Below are positions 1 to 10,815 of a DNA stretch of 64,000 nt, piece after piece. Location of the stretch: contig JAVRCJ020000016.1 in the NCBI GenBank assembly GCA_034530875.2, positions 96,001 to 160,000 on the forward strand, read 5' to 3'. Positions within the stretch are counted from its first letter, which is position 1, and the number at the start of each line of letters is the position of its first letter. The translations under genes and the position numbers were made by a program. The notes under the pieces are model-generated. The model did no database searches. It was not told where the DNA came from and saw only the letters and a program-made list of their open reading frames with translations. The DNA is from Nostoc sp. DedSLP01 (GTDB lineage Bacteria > Cyanobacteriota > Cyanobacteriia > Cyanobacteriales > Nostocaceae).

Positions 1-2
1 TT

Positions 3-2852
3 CAAATTATCTCAAAATTTGACGCTAAAGCTATTAAACCAGAAGTGCTTCTAGTGCTGGGAGCTTTTGTTCTGCACCGCAAATCTCACATCAAAGATAC
101 CCTCCCACTTTTGCAAGAAGGCTACGTAACTGGTCTAGAAGTTGGCAGTACGAGGTTTGCTGGATATCACGCCCGTACTTTTTGTAATGCTTCTTTTTGG
201 TGTAATCAGCCTCTTGCTATTGTAGAACAAAATGCTCGTGCTTACTACAATGGGTTGATGCAACTTAACCAAGCGGCACTAGCAAATCATTGTCGCCTTT
301 CTTGGCAATCGGCATTAAATTTGCTGGGTTTTGGGGAGCATCCTTGTATTTTGTCTGGGGAAGCTGTACAAGAGACAGAAATGCTGCCGCAGCTAATGTC
401 TGATAATGATGTAAGTGAGTTATGTGTCTTCCATTCATATAAACTTATGCTCTATTTCTTATTTGGAGAAATTGAGCAAGCGCAAAACCATACTGTTGAG
501 TGCAGTCGCTACTTATCTGCTGCTAAGGGATTAGTTTATGAGCCAGCGTTTTATTTCTATGATTCTTTGATTGCTCTAGCAGCTTTAAATTTGCGATCGG
601 AACAAGTAACAGAGGTATTGCAAAGGGTAGAGCAGAACCAAATTCAACTACAACACTGGTCGCAATATGCTGCTATGAATTATCAACATAAGGTTGATTT
701 GGTGGAAGCAGAAAAATGTCGAGTGTTAGGCAAAAAAGCCCAAGCCAGTGAATTATACGATCGCTCAATATCTGGTGCCAAAGCCAACGAATATATCCAA
801 GAAGAAGCACTGGCTAACGAACTGGCTGCTAAATTCTACCTAGATTGGGGCAAACAGCGGATAGCTGGGGAGTACACGATCGCAGCATACTACGGCTATG
901 CTCGCTGGGGTGCAAAAGCCAAAGTCGCTGATTTAGAAAAATGCTATCCCCAATTACTCGCCCCAATATTACAGCAGACTCGTTCGACTCTTTCCACCCA
1001 AGAAACTATCTTCGCTGTGGGGACTACTGTTACTTCTACAAGTTCTGCCACTTCTAGCACCAATGTCTCAAATACCTTAGATTTAAAATCTGTTCTCAAA
1101 GCTTCCCATACTATTTCCGGTGAAATCGAACTAGAAAAACTGCTCTCATCATTGCTTTTCATGGTTATGGAAAATGCGGGGGCTGATAAATGCGTGTTAA
1201 TGCTGTTGCGAGACTCGCGCCTGCTAATTAAGGGTTTAATTACCCAGGGAACACAGCCAGTTGTGTTACAGAGAATTCCTGTTGAGGAAAGTCAGGATAT
1301 TCCCCACAAGCTAATTTATAAAGTCAAGCACAGCAATCAAACTGTTGTGCTGGTAAATGCGACAGCAGATCCGATTTTGGCGAATGACCCGTATATTGTG
1401 CGTCAACAGCCGAAAAGTATCTTGTGCAGTCCGATTTTGCATCAAGGCAAGTTGATGGGAATTTTGTATCTAGAAAACAGTTTAGTTACGGGTGCGTTTA
1501 CAAGCGATCGCGTCGAACTACTGAATTTACTTTGCACTCAAGCCGCAATTTCCCTAGAAAATGCCCAACTTTATGAACGTTCTCAGGAATATGCCCAGCA
1601 GTTAGAACAGTCATTGGCTGAATTGAGTACTGCACAGTCTCGCTTCCACAACTTAGTAGACAATGTGCCTGGTGTAGTCTACCAGTATTACATGGCTCCT
1701 GATGGCGCGATTTCATTAGCCTATATTAGTGCTGACTGTCACAGCCTATTTGAAATTACTCCCGAACAAGCCGCAGCCCAAGCAGAGTTTCTCACAGAAC
1801 TGGTGCATCCAGAAGATATGCTCAGTTTTCAGCAGTCTAGGACTGATGCCATTCAAACTCATTCGTCTTGGCAATGGTCAGGGCGAATCGTCACTCGATC
1901 GGGACTCATTAAATGGATTCATGGCGAAGGGCGAATTGAAGAGCGTGCTGATGGTTCGGTAGTTTGGGATGGATTGTTTTTGGACATTAGCGATCGTAAA
2001 CAAGCTGAACTTGCCTTGCAACAAGCCCAATTACAAATTATCCAAAGTGAAAAAATGTCTGCACTGGGTAACTTAGTTGCTGGTGTTGCTCACGAAATGA
2101 ATAATCCATTAGGTTTTATTGCCGCTAGTCTTCAACAAGCTAAACCCTCTTTTGCTGATATTGTCGATCACCTAAAACTCTATCAAGAAACTTACCAAAA
2201 CCAGAGTGAAGAAATTATTGACCATGCCGAAGAAATTGATTTGGAATATCTCATGGAAGATTTACCAAAAGTGATTGATTCTATGACAATGGCGTGCGAC
2301 AGGCTGAAAAATATCAGCACCAGTTTACGTACTTTCTCTCGTGCCGATCGCGATTACAAAGTACCATTTAATCTTCACGAAGGTATTGATAGTACCATTC
2401 TTATTCTCAAACATCGCCTTAAGGCTAACGAACAACATCCGGCAATTGAAGTAGTAACTAATTACGGTAATTTACCGCCAATAGAATGTTTTCCTGGACA
2501 ACTAAATCAGGTGTTTATGAACATCTTAGCAAATGCTATTGATGCTTTAGAAGATGCAAATCATGGGCGTAATTTCGTAGATATTCAAGCTAATCCTAAC
2601 CGTATCACTATTACCACTTTAATAGCAGATTGTTGTGTCAAAATTGTCATTGCTGATAATGCTAAGGGGATGAGTCCAGAAGTCCAACAAAAAATCTTTG
2701 ACAATTTATTTACGACGAAAGCTGTCGGAAAAGGGACGGGGTTAGGATTGGCTATAGCAAAACAAATCGTCGAACAAACCCACGGTGGAAAATTGTCTTG
2801 TCACTCTGTTATCAATCAAGGTACGCAATTTATTATTGAAATTCCCGGATAA
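3..2852 (+). CDS. Ser/Thr kinase-AAA ATPase-GAF-PAS-histidine kinase, 5' end outside the window
   Basis: Frame is open from nt 3 (QIISKFDAKAIKPEVL...) and collinear with the downstream paralog; GAF, PAS, H-box AHEMNNP and G-box GKGTGLGL present. Confidence 0.9.
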   Translation, partial: QIISKFDAKAIKPEVLLVLGAFVLHRKSHIKDTLPLLQEGYVTGLEVGSTRFAGYHARTFCNASFWCNQPLAIVEQNARAYYNGLMQLNQAALANHCRLSWQSALNLLGFGEHPCILSGEAVQETEMLPQLMSDNDVSELCVFHSYKLMLYFLFGEIEQAQNHTVECSRYLSAAKGLVYEPAFYFYDSLIALAALNLRSEQVTEVLQRVEQNQIQLQHWSQYAAMNYQHKVDLVEAEKCRVLGKKAQASELYDRSISGAKANEYIQEEALANELAAKFYLDWGKQRIAGEYTIAAYYGYARWGAKAKVADLEKCYPQLLAPILQQTRSTLSTQETIFAVGTTVTSTSSATSSTNVSNTLDLKSVLKASHTISGEIELEKLLSSLLFMVMENAGADKCVLMLLRDSRLLIKGLITQGTQPVVLQRIPVEESQDIPHKLIYKVKHSNQTVVLVNATADPILANDPYIVRQQPKSILCSPILHQGKLMGILYLENSLVTGAFTSDRVELLNLLCTQAAISLENAQLYERSQEYAQQLEQSLAELSTAQSRFHNLVDNVPGVVYQYYMAPDGAISLAYISADCHSLFEITPEQAAAQAEFLTELVHPEDMLSFQQSRTDAIQTHSSWQWSGRIVTRSGLIKWIHGEGRIEERADGSVVWDGLFLDISDRKQAELALQQAQLQIIQSEKMSALGNLVAGVAHEMNNPLGFIAASLQQAKPSFADIVDHLKLYQETYQNQSEEIIDHAEEIDLEYLMEDLPKVIDSMTMACDRLKNISTSLRTFSRADRDYKVPFNLHEGIDSTILILKHRLKANEQHPAIEVVTNYGNLPPIECFPGQLNQVFMNILANAIDALEDANHGRNFVDIQANPNRITITTLIADCCVKIVIADNAKGMSPEVQQKIFDNLFTTKAVGKGTGLGLAIAKQIVEQTHGGKLSCHSVINQGTQFIIEIPG

Positions 2853-2927
2853 ATTTTTGTGAGGTCATCAAAATAAGTTGATATCTCTGGGAATACTAAA
2901 TCGAGAAACTTTGAGGATAAGCGTAGT

Positions 2928-5900
2928 ATGAACGGTACTCTTGCCAGTATTCCTGGATATTATGTAACTGAAGAACTCTACAATGGTTCCAGAACAAGAG
3001 TTTATCGAGCAGTTCGAGAAACTGACTCATTACCAGTAGCTCTCAAACTACTGAAAAATCCTTATCCCAGCTTCCACGAACTCTTATCGTTTCGCAATCA
3101 ATACACTATCGCCAAAAATCTCAACTCACCTTTGATTGTTCAAACCTTTAGCCTCGAACCTTACCAAAATGGTTATGCACTGGTAATGGAAGATTTTGGC
3201 GGGACTTCTCTCAAAAATTATTTTGACGACGTGCAGACGTTACATCTAACGTCTGTACAGGAATTTTTACAAATAGCAGTGGCACTGTGCAACACATTAG
3301 ATATACTCTACCGCGAACGCATTATTCATAAAGATATTAAACCCGCCAATATATTAATTAATCCCGAAACCAAGCAAGTTAAATTAATCGACTTCAGTAT
3401 TGCCTCTTTATTACCACGGGAAACACAAACTCTAGTTAACCCCAATGTGTTAGAAGGGACGCTGGCTTACATTTCTCCAGAACAAACAGGGAGAATGAAT
3501 CGTGGAATTGATTATCGCACAGACTTCTATTCTTTGGGTGTAACTTTTTATGAATTACTGACAGGAGAGTTACCTTTTGCGTCAAATGACCCAATGGAAT
3601 TAGTGCATTGTCACCTTGCTCAAACAGCACCATTAGCGCATGAAATCAATTCCAAAATTCCTGCGGTCATTTCCATAATTATCAGCAAATTAATCGCCAA
3701 AAATGCTGAAGATAGATATCAAAGCGCATTGGGATTGAAATACGATTTAGAAAATTGTTTACATCAATTAAAAGAAACTGGCAAAATTGAGAGTTTTGAA
3801 ATTGCACAGCGTGATGTGTGCGATCGCTTCCTCATTCCTGATAAAATTTATGGAAGAGAAGCTGAAGTTCAAACTCTACTGCAAGCATTTGATAGAGTCA
3901 GTCTTGGTGCAACAGAAATGATGCTCGTTGCCGGTTTTTCAGGGATTGGTAAAACTGCGGTTGTCAATGAAGTACATAAACCAATTGTCAGACAACGCGG
4001 CTATTTTATCAAAGGTAAATATGACCAATTTCAACGCAATATTCCCTTCTCTGCTTTTGTGCAAGCATTCCGGGATTTAATGGAGCAATTATTAACAGAA
4101 AGTGATGTCCAAATTCAGCAATGGAAAAATAAAATATTAGAGGCTGTTGGTGAAAATGGGCAGGTAATTATTGAAGTAATTCCCGAACTTTCCAGAATTA
4201 TTGGCGAACAACCACCAGCAATAGAGTTATCAGGAACAGCAGCAGAAAATCGCTTCAATTTATTATTCCAAAAATTTACTTCTGTCTTTACTAGTGCATC
4301 ACATCCATTAGTAATATTTTTAGATGACTTGCAATGGGCAGATTCGGCATCGCTGAAATTAATGCAGCTATTAATGGCTGATACAAGTCATCTTTTTATT
4401 ATCGGTGCCTACCGCGATAACGAAGTCAATCCCGCACATCCATTAATGTTGACTTTGAATGAAATTGCGAAATCACAAGCAAAAATTAATACGATTACTT
4501 TAGCACCACTGAGTCAAGTACAAGTAAATAAGTTAGTAGCTGACACGCTCAAATGTTCAGAAGATTTGGCATGGAATCTTTCTGTATTGATTTATCAAAA
4601 AACTCAAGGAAATCCATTTTTTGCCACACAGTTTCTCAAAGCATTACATCAAGATGGATTAATTCAATTTGACTTTGAGTTAGGCTGTTGGCAATGCAAT
4701 TTATCAGAAGTGACAGCTCAAGCAGTTACAGATGACGTTGTAACTTTTATGAGTTTGCAACTGCAAAAATTACCGCGATCGACTCAAAATGTCTTGCAAT
4801 TAGCGGCTTGTATTGGCAACTCTTTTGATTTAGCAACTTTGGCGATTGTTTCGCAGCAATCGGAAATTGAGACGGCTGCGGCTTTGTGGAAAGCTTTGCA
4901 AGAAGGGTTGATTTTACCAATTGGTGATGTTTATAAGTTTTATCAACAAGAGTCATTAGTCATTGGTCATTTGTCATTAGACAAGAGCAAACAAATGACC
5001 CTTACGGGTGACGCTCGCAGGCTCGCTAACGCTGCGCTAACGGCAGTTGCTTCAAGTCGGGGAACCCGCCCAACGCACTGCCTCACCAATGACCAAGGAC
5101 AAATGACAGTTTCTTACAAATTCTTACATGACCGAGTACAGCAAGCAGCTTATTCCCTGATTCCTGATGACCAAAAGCAGACGACTCATTACCAAATCGG
5201 ACAACTGCTGCTGCAACAAATTTCCGCACAAGCAAGAGAAGACCGGATTTTTGAAATCGTCAATCAATTAAATTACGGCACGGCTTTAATTAGCGAACAA
5301 ACTCAACGAGATGAACTAGCACAACTGAATCTGATTGCATCTCGCAAAGCCAAAAATTCCACCGCCTATCAAGCAGCGCATGAATATGTCACAGTGGGAT
5401 TGTCTTTGTTGGGAGAAAATACTTGGCAGCAGCAATACGAAATGACCCTCGCCTTGCATGAATTAGCGGCGGAAATAGCACTGCTAAATGGTAGTTTTGA
5501 GGCGATGGAACAGTTCATTGATACTGTCATTGAACAGGCACATTCTTTATTAGAAAAGGTGAATGTTTACTGTATTAGAATTCAATCTCAGATTTTCCAA
5601 AGTAAATTGACCTCAGCGATCGCGATCGCCCAACCAGTCTTACAACAGCTTGGTGTCACCTTTCCTGAAACACCCACACCATCAGATCTGCAACAAGAAA
5701 TCCAAGAGATTGAGGAACTGATTGGCGATCGGGAAATTACCGATTTGGTTAACTTGCCACAGATGAGGGATGCAGAAAAACTCGCTACTCTCAAGATTGT
5801 CAATATCATCAGCCCAGCAGCTTACCTCACTGGCTCAACGTTGTACCCATTGCTGAATACTTTGTCCGTTAAACTCTCGATTCAGTACGGTAACACATCG

Positions 5901-8819
5901 ACTTCTACTTTCGGCTATGCGAACTATGGCAATATTCTCTGCAATTTCTTCCAAGTCGTAGATACAGGAACGCAGTTTGGTTCTCTAGCACTCCAGATTA
6001 TCTCAAAACTCGATGCCAAAGCCAGTAAGACAGAGATTTTGATGATTTTGGGGATATTTATTGTACACCGCAAATCTCACGTTAAAGAAACACTACCCAT
6101 GTTGCAAGAAGGTTACACCAGTGCCCTAGAATTTGGCAACCTAGTACTTGCTGGATATAATGGGCACACTTTTTGTCTTAATTCTTTTTGGTGTAATCAA
6201 CCCCTGGCTACCTTAGAGCAGGATATTAGCGCCTACTGCCATAGTTTGATGCAAATAAATCAATTGACAACCGCAAATTATTGTCGGATTTATTGGCAAC
6301 CGGTTTTAAATCTACTTGGTTTTGCAGAACATACAACCCTTTTGTCTGGAAAAGCCCTGGAAGAAACAGAATTTCTCCAGCAGCTACAATCTACCAATGA
6401 TGGATATGGATTGTATATTTTCCATTTGTATAAATTAATGCTTTGTTTCTTGTTTGGAGAAATTGAGCCAGCGAAAAATCATGCTATTGAAGTCAGGCGC
6501 TATTTTATGGCTGGTGCGGGATTAGTCAGCGAACCAGTATTTTATCTTTATGATTCTCTGCTGACTTTGGCACAATTGAATCCACAGTTAGAAGAAACAT
6601 CAGCAGCATTGCAGAGTGTAATAGAAAACCAAACCCGCTTACAGCAATGGGCGCATCATGCACCCATGAATTACCAGCATAAGCTGGATTTGGTAGAGGC
6701 AGAAAAATATCGGGTATTAGGCAAGAATTATGAAGCAGGGGATTATTACGATCGCGCTATTTCTCTTGCTAAAGCCAACAGCTACATCCAAGAAGAAGCC
6801 TTAGCTAACGAACTAGCAGCTAAATTCTACCTGGGCTGGGGTAAAGCCAAAGTTGCCGCCGGCTATATGCAAGAAGCTTACTATTGTTACGCCAAATGGG
6901 GTGCAAAAGCCAAAGTTGCCGATTTAGAAAAACGCTATCCCCAATTACTTGCCCCCATATTACAGCAAACTCGTTCGACCCTCTCAATTAAGGAAACCAT
7001 CATCCCCTTGGGGACTGTTACCTCCACAAGTTCTGCCACTTCTAGCAGCAGTGTTTCAAATACCCTAGATTTAGAAGCGATTCTCAAAGCTTCCCACACT
7101 ATCTCCAGTGAAATCGAACTCGAAAAACTGCTTGCATCGTTACTAAGAATCGTCATCGAAAATGCGGGGGCTGATAAATGTGTATTAATGCTGTTGCGAG
7201 ACAATCGCCTGTTAATTAAAGGATCGATGTCCCAGGGAACACAGCCAGTAGTGTTGCAGAGAATTCCTGTTGAAGATAGTCAAGATATTCCCCACAAACT
7301 AATTTACAAAGTCAAGCACAACAATCAAACTCTTGTCCTGGTAGATGCAACAGCAGATCCGCTTTTAGGCAATGACCCGTATATTGTGCGTCAACAGCCG
7401 AAAAGTATCTTGTGTAGCCCGATTTTGCATCAAGGCAAGTTGATGGGGATTTTGTACCTGGAAAACAGTTTAGTTACAGGGGCGTTTACAAGCGATCGCG
7501 TTGAAATACTCAATTTACTTTGCGCTCAAGCCGCAATTTCTCTAGAAAATGCTCGTCTTTACGAGCAAGCCCAACAAATGCTAGCACAACTGAGTGCCAG
7601 CAAAGCCCGCTTTCAAAAGCTGGCGGATAATCTTCCTGGCATAATTTACCAGCTTTGCCTCGCTCCCGATGGTTCTGTTTCAGTTCCCTACGTTAGTCCG
7701 GGGTGCGCGGCTCTATATGAAGTGCCACCCGAAGATTTCTTGGCAGGCATCACAGATTTTCGGATGCTGGAGCATCCAGACGATCGCTCAACCCTCACCG
7801 AAGCGTTCATTGATTCTGCCGAGACTCTCGCACCTTTTGAGCAAGAATGGCGCATTATTACGACTTCTGGCATTGTGAAATGGGTGCAGGCGGCATCACG
7901 ACCGGAACGGCAAGCCGACGGTTCGATCGTTTGGGATGGCGTGATGATGGACATTAGCGATCGCAAACAAGCAGAATTTGCCTTGCAACAAGCGCAATTA
8001 CAAATAATTCAAAGTGAGAAAATGTCTGCTTTGGGTAACTTAGTTGCTGGTGTCGCTCACGAAATGAATAATCCTTTGGGCTTTATTTCTGCCAGTATTA
8101 AACAAGCTAAACCCATCTTTGCTGATATTTTTGAACACTTAAAACTCTATCAAGAAACTTTTCCGAATAAGAGTGAAGAAATCGAAGACCACGCTCAAGA
8201 AATTGACTTGGAATATAGCTTAGAAGATTTGCCAAAAATGCTCAATTCCATGACTTTGGCGTGCGATAGGCTGAAAAATATCAGCACCAGTTTACGTACT
8301 TTCTCTCGTGCAGATCGCGATTACAAAGTGCCATTTAATCTTCACGAAGGCATTGAGAGTACAATTTTAATTCTCAAACATCGTTTGAAAGCTAACGAGC
8401 AACGTCCGGCAATTGAAATTGTCACTAACTACGGTAATTTACCGCAAATAGAATGTTTTCCTGGGCAATTAAATCAGGTCTTTATGAATATTCTTGCCAA
8501 CGCTATTGATGCTTTAGACGAGTCGAATCTCGAACGAAGTATGGCGGATATTCAAGCCAATCCCAACCGCATTACTATTACCACTGAACTAGCAGATAAT
8601 TTTGTGAAGATGAAGATTGCTGATAATGCTATGGGAATGAGCGAAGAAATTAAACAAAAGATATTTGACAATTTATTTACTACGAAAGCTGTCGGAAAAG
8701 GCACGGGATTGGGATTGGCGATCGCCCGTCAAATCGTCGAAAAAACTCACGGTGGAAAACTAAGTTGCAAATCTGTTCTGGGTGAAGGAACAGAATTTTT
8801 AATTGAAATTCCAGTGTAA
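2928..8819 (+). CDS. Trifunctional Ser/Thr kinase / AAA ATPase / GAF-PAS sensor histidine kinase
   Basis: HKDIKPAN kinase loop, Walker A GFSGIGKT, Walker B IFLDDLQW, GAF, PAS, AHEMNNP, GKGTGLGL. Confidence 0.95.
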   Translation: MNGTLASIPGYYVTEELYNGSRTRVYRAVRETDSLPVALKLLKNPYPSFHELLSFRNQYTIAKNLNSPLIVQTFSLEPYQNGYALVMEDFGGTSLKNYFDDVQTLHLTSVQEFLQIAVALCNTLDILYRERIIHKDIKPANILINPETKQVKLIDFSIASLLPRETQTLVNPNVLEGTLAYISPEQTGRMNRGIDYRTDFYSLGVTFYELLTGELPFASNDPMELVHCHLAQTAPLAHEINSKIPAVISIIISKLIAKNAEDRYQSALGLKYDLENCLHQLKETGKIESFEIAQRDVCDRFLIPDKIYGREAEVQTLLQAFDRVSLGATEMMLVAGFSGIGKTAVVNEVHKPIVRQRGYFIKGKYDQFQRNIPFSAFVQAFRDLMEQLLTESDVQIQQWKNKILEAVGENGQVIIEVIPELSRIIGEQPPAIELSGTAAENRFNLLFQKFTSVFTSASHPLVIFLDDLQWADSASLKLMQLLMADTSHLFIIGAYRDNEVNPAHPLMLTLNEIAKSQAKINTITLAPLSQVQVNKLVADTLKCSEDLAWNLSVLIYQKTQGNPFFATQFLKALHQDGLIQFDFELGCWQCNLSEVTAQAVTDDVVTFMSLQLQKLPRSTQNVLQLAACIGNSFDLATLAIVSQQSEIETAAALWKALQEGLILPIGDVYKFYQQESLVIGHLSLDKSKQMTLTGDARRLANAALTAVASSRGTRPTHCLTNDQGQMTVSYKFLHDRVQQAAYSLIPDDQKQTTHYQIGQLLLQQISAQAREDRIFEIVNQLNYGTALISEQTQRDELAQLNLIASRKAKNSTAYQAAHEYVTVGLSLLGENTWQQQYEMTLALHELAAEIALLNGSFEAMEQFIDTVIEQAHSLLEKVNVYCIRIQSQIFQSKLTSAIAIAQPVLQQLGVTFPETPTPSDLQQEIQEIEELIGDREITDLVNLPQMRDAEKLATLKIVNIISPAAYLTGSTLYPLLNTLSVKLSIQYGNTSTSTFGYANYGNILCNFFQVVDTGTQFGSLALQIISKLDAKASKTEILMILGIFIVHRKSHVKETLPMLQEGYTSALEFGNLVLAGYNGHTFCLNSFWCNQPLATLEQDISAYCHSLMQINQLTTANYCRIYWQPVLNLLGFAEHTTLLSGKALEETEFLQQLQSTNDGYGLYIFHLYKLMLCFLFGEIEPAKNHAIEVRRYFMAGAGLVSEPVFYLYDSLLTLAQLNPQLEETSAALQSVIENQTRLQQWAHHAPMNYQHKLDLVEAEKYRVLGKNYEAGDYYDRAISLAKANSYIQEEALANELAAKFYLGWGKAKVAAGYMQEAYYCYAKWGAKAKVADLEKRYPQLLAPILQQTRSTLSIKETIIPLGTVTSTSSATSSSSVSNTLDLEAILKASHTISSEIELEKLLASLLRIVIENAGADKCVLMLLRDNRLLIKGSMSQGTQPVVLQRIPVEDSQDIPHKLIYKVKHNNQTLVLVDATADPLLGNDPYIVRQQPKSILCSPILHQGKLMGILYLENSLVTGAFTSDRVEILNLLCAQAAISLENARLYEQAQQMLAQLSASKARFQKLADNLPGIIYQLCLAPDGSVSVPYVSPGCAALYEVPPEDFLAGITDFRMLEHPDDRSTLTEAFIDSAETLAPFEQEWRIITTSGIVKWVQAASRPERQADGSIVWDGVMMDISDRKQAEFALQQAQLQIIQSEKMSALGNLVAGVAHEMNNPLGFISASIKQAKPIFADIFEHLKLYQETFPNKSEEIEDHAQEIDLEYSLEDLPKMLNSMTLACDRLKNISTSLRTFSRADRDYKVPFNLHEGIESTILILKHRLKANEQRPAIEIVTNYGNLPQIECFPGQLNQVFMNILANAIDALDESNLERSMADIQANPNRITITTELADNFVKMKIADNAMGMSEEIKQKIFDNLFTTKAVGKGTGLGLAIARQIVEKTHGGKLSCKSVLGEGTEFLIEIPV
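4951..5108. repeat. In-frame repeat insertion in the kinase gene: heptamer arms around GC-rich hairpins
   Basis: GTCATTA/GTCATTG/GTCATTT tandem on the left, inverted CAAATGAC/CAATGAC units on the right, inner hairpin GGCAGTTGC...GCACTGCC. Confidence 0.75.
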
Positions 8820-8849
8820 ATAGCAGCTACACAAACAAAGCCTGCCAGG

Positions 8850-9056
8850 GCGATCGCATCCTAAGCGTGGTTTTTAGTCCCGATGGTAAAACTATTGCTT
8901 TTGCTACTACTGACGGTAGCGTGATTTTATGGGATTGGGATCTAGATTCTCTAATGGTTAGTGCTTGCGATTGATTGGGCGCGAGATTATCTCCAGAATA
9001 GCGCGGCGCTAGAAGAAAGCGATCGTCATCTCTGCGACGGTATCGGTAAAAATTAA
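8850..9056 (+). pseudogene. C-terminal remnant of a WD40-repeat protein
   Basis: Reads DRILSVVFSPDGKTIAFATTDGSVILWDWDLDSLMVSACD, then after a 4-bp ATTG duplication WARDYLQNSAALEESDRHLCDGIGKN*; no start codon. Confidence 0.8.
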
Positions 9057-9069
9057 TTTCACCTCTGTC

Positions 9070-10095
9070 TTATTCCACATTGACAGCAGATTCTAACATT
9101 CGTATTGTTCCAACATTGGCATCTATTTCTACTGGTACGCCAATTGGTAAGGTAAATTTATCTTTAATATGACCAATCATTGAACCATACCAAGCAGGTA
9201 TTCTTAAAGGAAGTATATGGTCTTGTAATACTTGAATTAAAGTGAACGATGGTTCATCGCCAGGGCTACAATCAGTACATTGTCCAAAGATAAAGCCAGC
9301 AATTTGGTTAAGTATTCCAGCAGTTTTTAACTGAGTTAACATTCTATCTACACGGTAAACATCCTCGCCAATTTCTTCTACAAATAAGATACTCCTGTTC
9401 CAGGAAGGTAAATAAGGCGAACCTACCATTGCTGACAATACTGATAAGTTTCCACCAATAAGTTTACCCCTCGCTTTTCCCGGTGTTATTACCTCCACTT
9501 GCACGTTGTTATTATTATTATTTTGCATAGTGACAGCTTCAGCATTAAATAGAATGCGCTTGAAGTAATCTACTGTAAACTGATTCCAGGTAGACGTAGC
9601 AACTGGGCCGTGAAAAGTAATTACTCGACTACGAGCATTAATTGCTAACAATAAAGTAGTAATGTCGCTGTACCCAATGAGGATTTTGGGATGGGAGCGA
9701 ATTAGTGAATAGTTTAGTAAGGGTAAAATGCGATTACAACCCCAACCACCACGCATGGCAATTATTGCTTTAATCGAGCGATCGCCAAACATTAAGTTTA
9801 CATCATCGGCGCGATCGCTATCTCTACCTGCTAAATAACCATAACGGTCTAAAATATGTTTCCCTAGCTTAACTTTTAACCCTAATTCTAAAATTGATTT
9901 CTCTGCTGCTTCGATTTCTTTGGCGTCAACAATACCCGCAGGAGCAATTAATCCTACAGTGTCGCCGACTTGCAAGCGTGGTGGCTTGAGAACGGTGTTT
10001 ACGGATAGCTTACCTTGAGCGCTAAATGTTGGTATTTGGGTAGCTAAGGTAGCTAGTCCACAAGTTGTAAGAAATTGCCGACGCTGAATAGTCAT
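9070..10095 (-). CDS. LD-carboxypeptidase (S66 family) with Tat signal
   Basis: RRQFL twin-arginine leader; RGGWG, GYSDIT, GGNLSVL, EE and GH motifs. Confidence 0.9.
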   Translation of the reverse strand: MTIQRRQFLTTCGLATLATQIPTFSAQGKLSVNTVLKPPRLQVGDTVGLIAPAGIVDAKEIEAAEKSILELGLKVKLGKHILDRYGYLAGRDSDRADDVNLMFGDRSIKAIIAMRGGWGCNRILPLLNYSLIRSHPKILIGYSDITTLLLAINARSRVITFHGPVATSTWNQFTVDYFKRILFNAEAVTMQNNNNNNVQVEVITPGKARGKLIGGNLSVLSAMVGSPYLPSWNRSILFVEEIGEDVYRVDRMLTQLKTAGILNQIAGFIFGQCTDCSPGDEPSFTLIQVLQDHILPLRIPAWYGSMIGHIKDKFTLPIGVPVEIDANVGTIRMLESAVNVE

Positions 10096-10110
10096 AACCT
10101 ACGGTTGCAG

Positions 10111-10740
10111 CTACATCGGGAAAGTGGCGGCTTGAAAAATCTGTTCAGCAGTTAAATTCAATTCTGGGAAAATAGGTGATATGATGCGATCGCTCTCACG
10201 AAACTGCCGGACTTGGTATTCTCCCTCAACTAACGAGTAAATAGAGATAGTTGGCTGTTTGGGATTGCCTATGAATTTTCTACCACCTAATGCGGCGTAA
10301 TCTACAATCCAGTATTCTGGGATGCCAATAGCTTCATACTGACCAAGTTTGGTAAAGTAATCATCGCGCCAGTTAGTGCTGACAACCTCTATAACCAATG
10401 GAATTGATGCTGATTGGCTTACTGTTGATTTAGTCCTCCACAACGGCTCATTGGCTAGGTTAAGACGATTTAATAACAGCACATCGGGTAAGAAAGCAGA
10501 TTCACTTTCAGATGATTGAACAAATCCCATTTTAGGAATGTCATAGGGCATTGAAAGTCGAGCGCACTCTAGCAAAATTTGCTTGGTTAAGAATGCGAGA
10601 ACTAATTCACGATCCCCTGTTGGCGGTGGCATTGGTTTGATAAACCCGTAATGTAGTTCGTAACGAAGCTGTGTTGTATTAATAGGATACCAGTCTAGAA
10701 ACTGGTCAACAGTAATAGGAATTGGTAACGACTGAATCAT
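10111..10740 (-). CDS. Uma2/DUF820 family endonuclease-like protein
   Basis: PDV...LVIEVVSTNWRDDY..KL..YE..GIPEYWIVD. Confidence 0.9.
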   Translation of the reverse strand: MIQSLPIPITVDQFLDWYPINTTQLRYELHYGFIKPMPPPTGDRELVLAFLTKQILLECARLSMPYDIPKMGFVQSSESESAFLPDVLLLNRLNLANEPLWRTKSTVSQSASIPLVIEVVSTNWRDDYFTKLGQYEAIGIPEYWIVDYAALGGRKFIGNPKQPTISIYSLVEGEYQVRQFRESDRIISPIFPELNLTAEQIFQAATFPM

Positions 10741-10815
10741 TTACCTCCCTCCCTTGCGATAATTTCCAGTAGTTATATTAACCTCAATGTTTGAGTTTTT
10801 TCTAATTTATTCGTG

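Noticed and set aside
4951..5108. Intein or intron in the kinase gene
   Set aside because: Too short, lacks intein terminal motifs, and is explained by repeat insertions.
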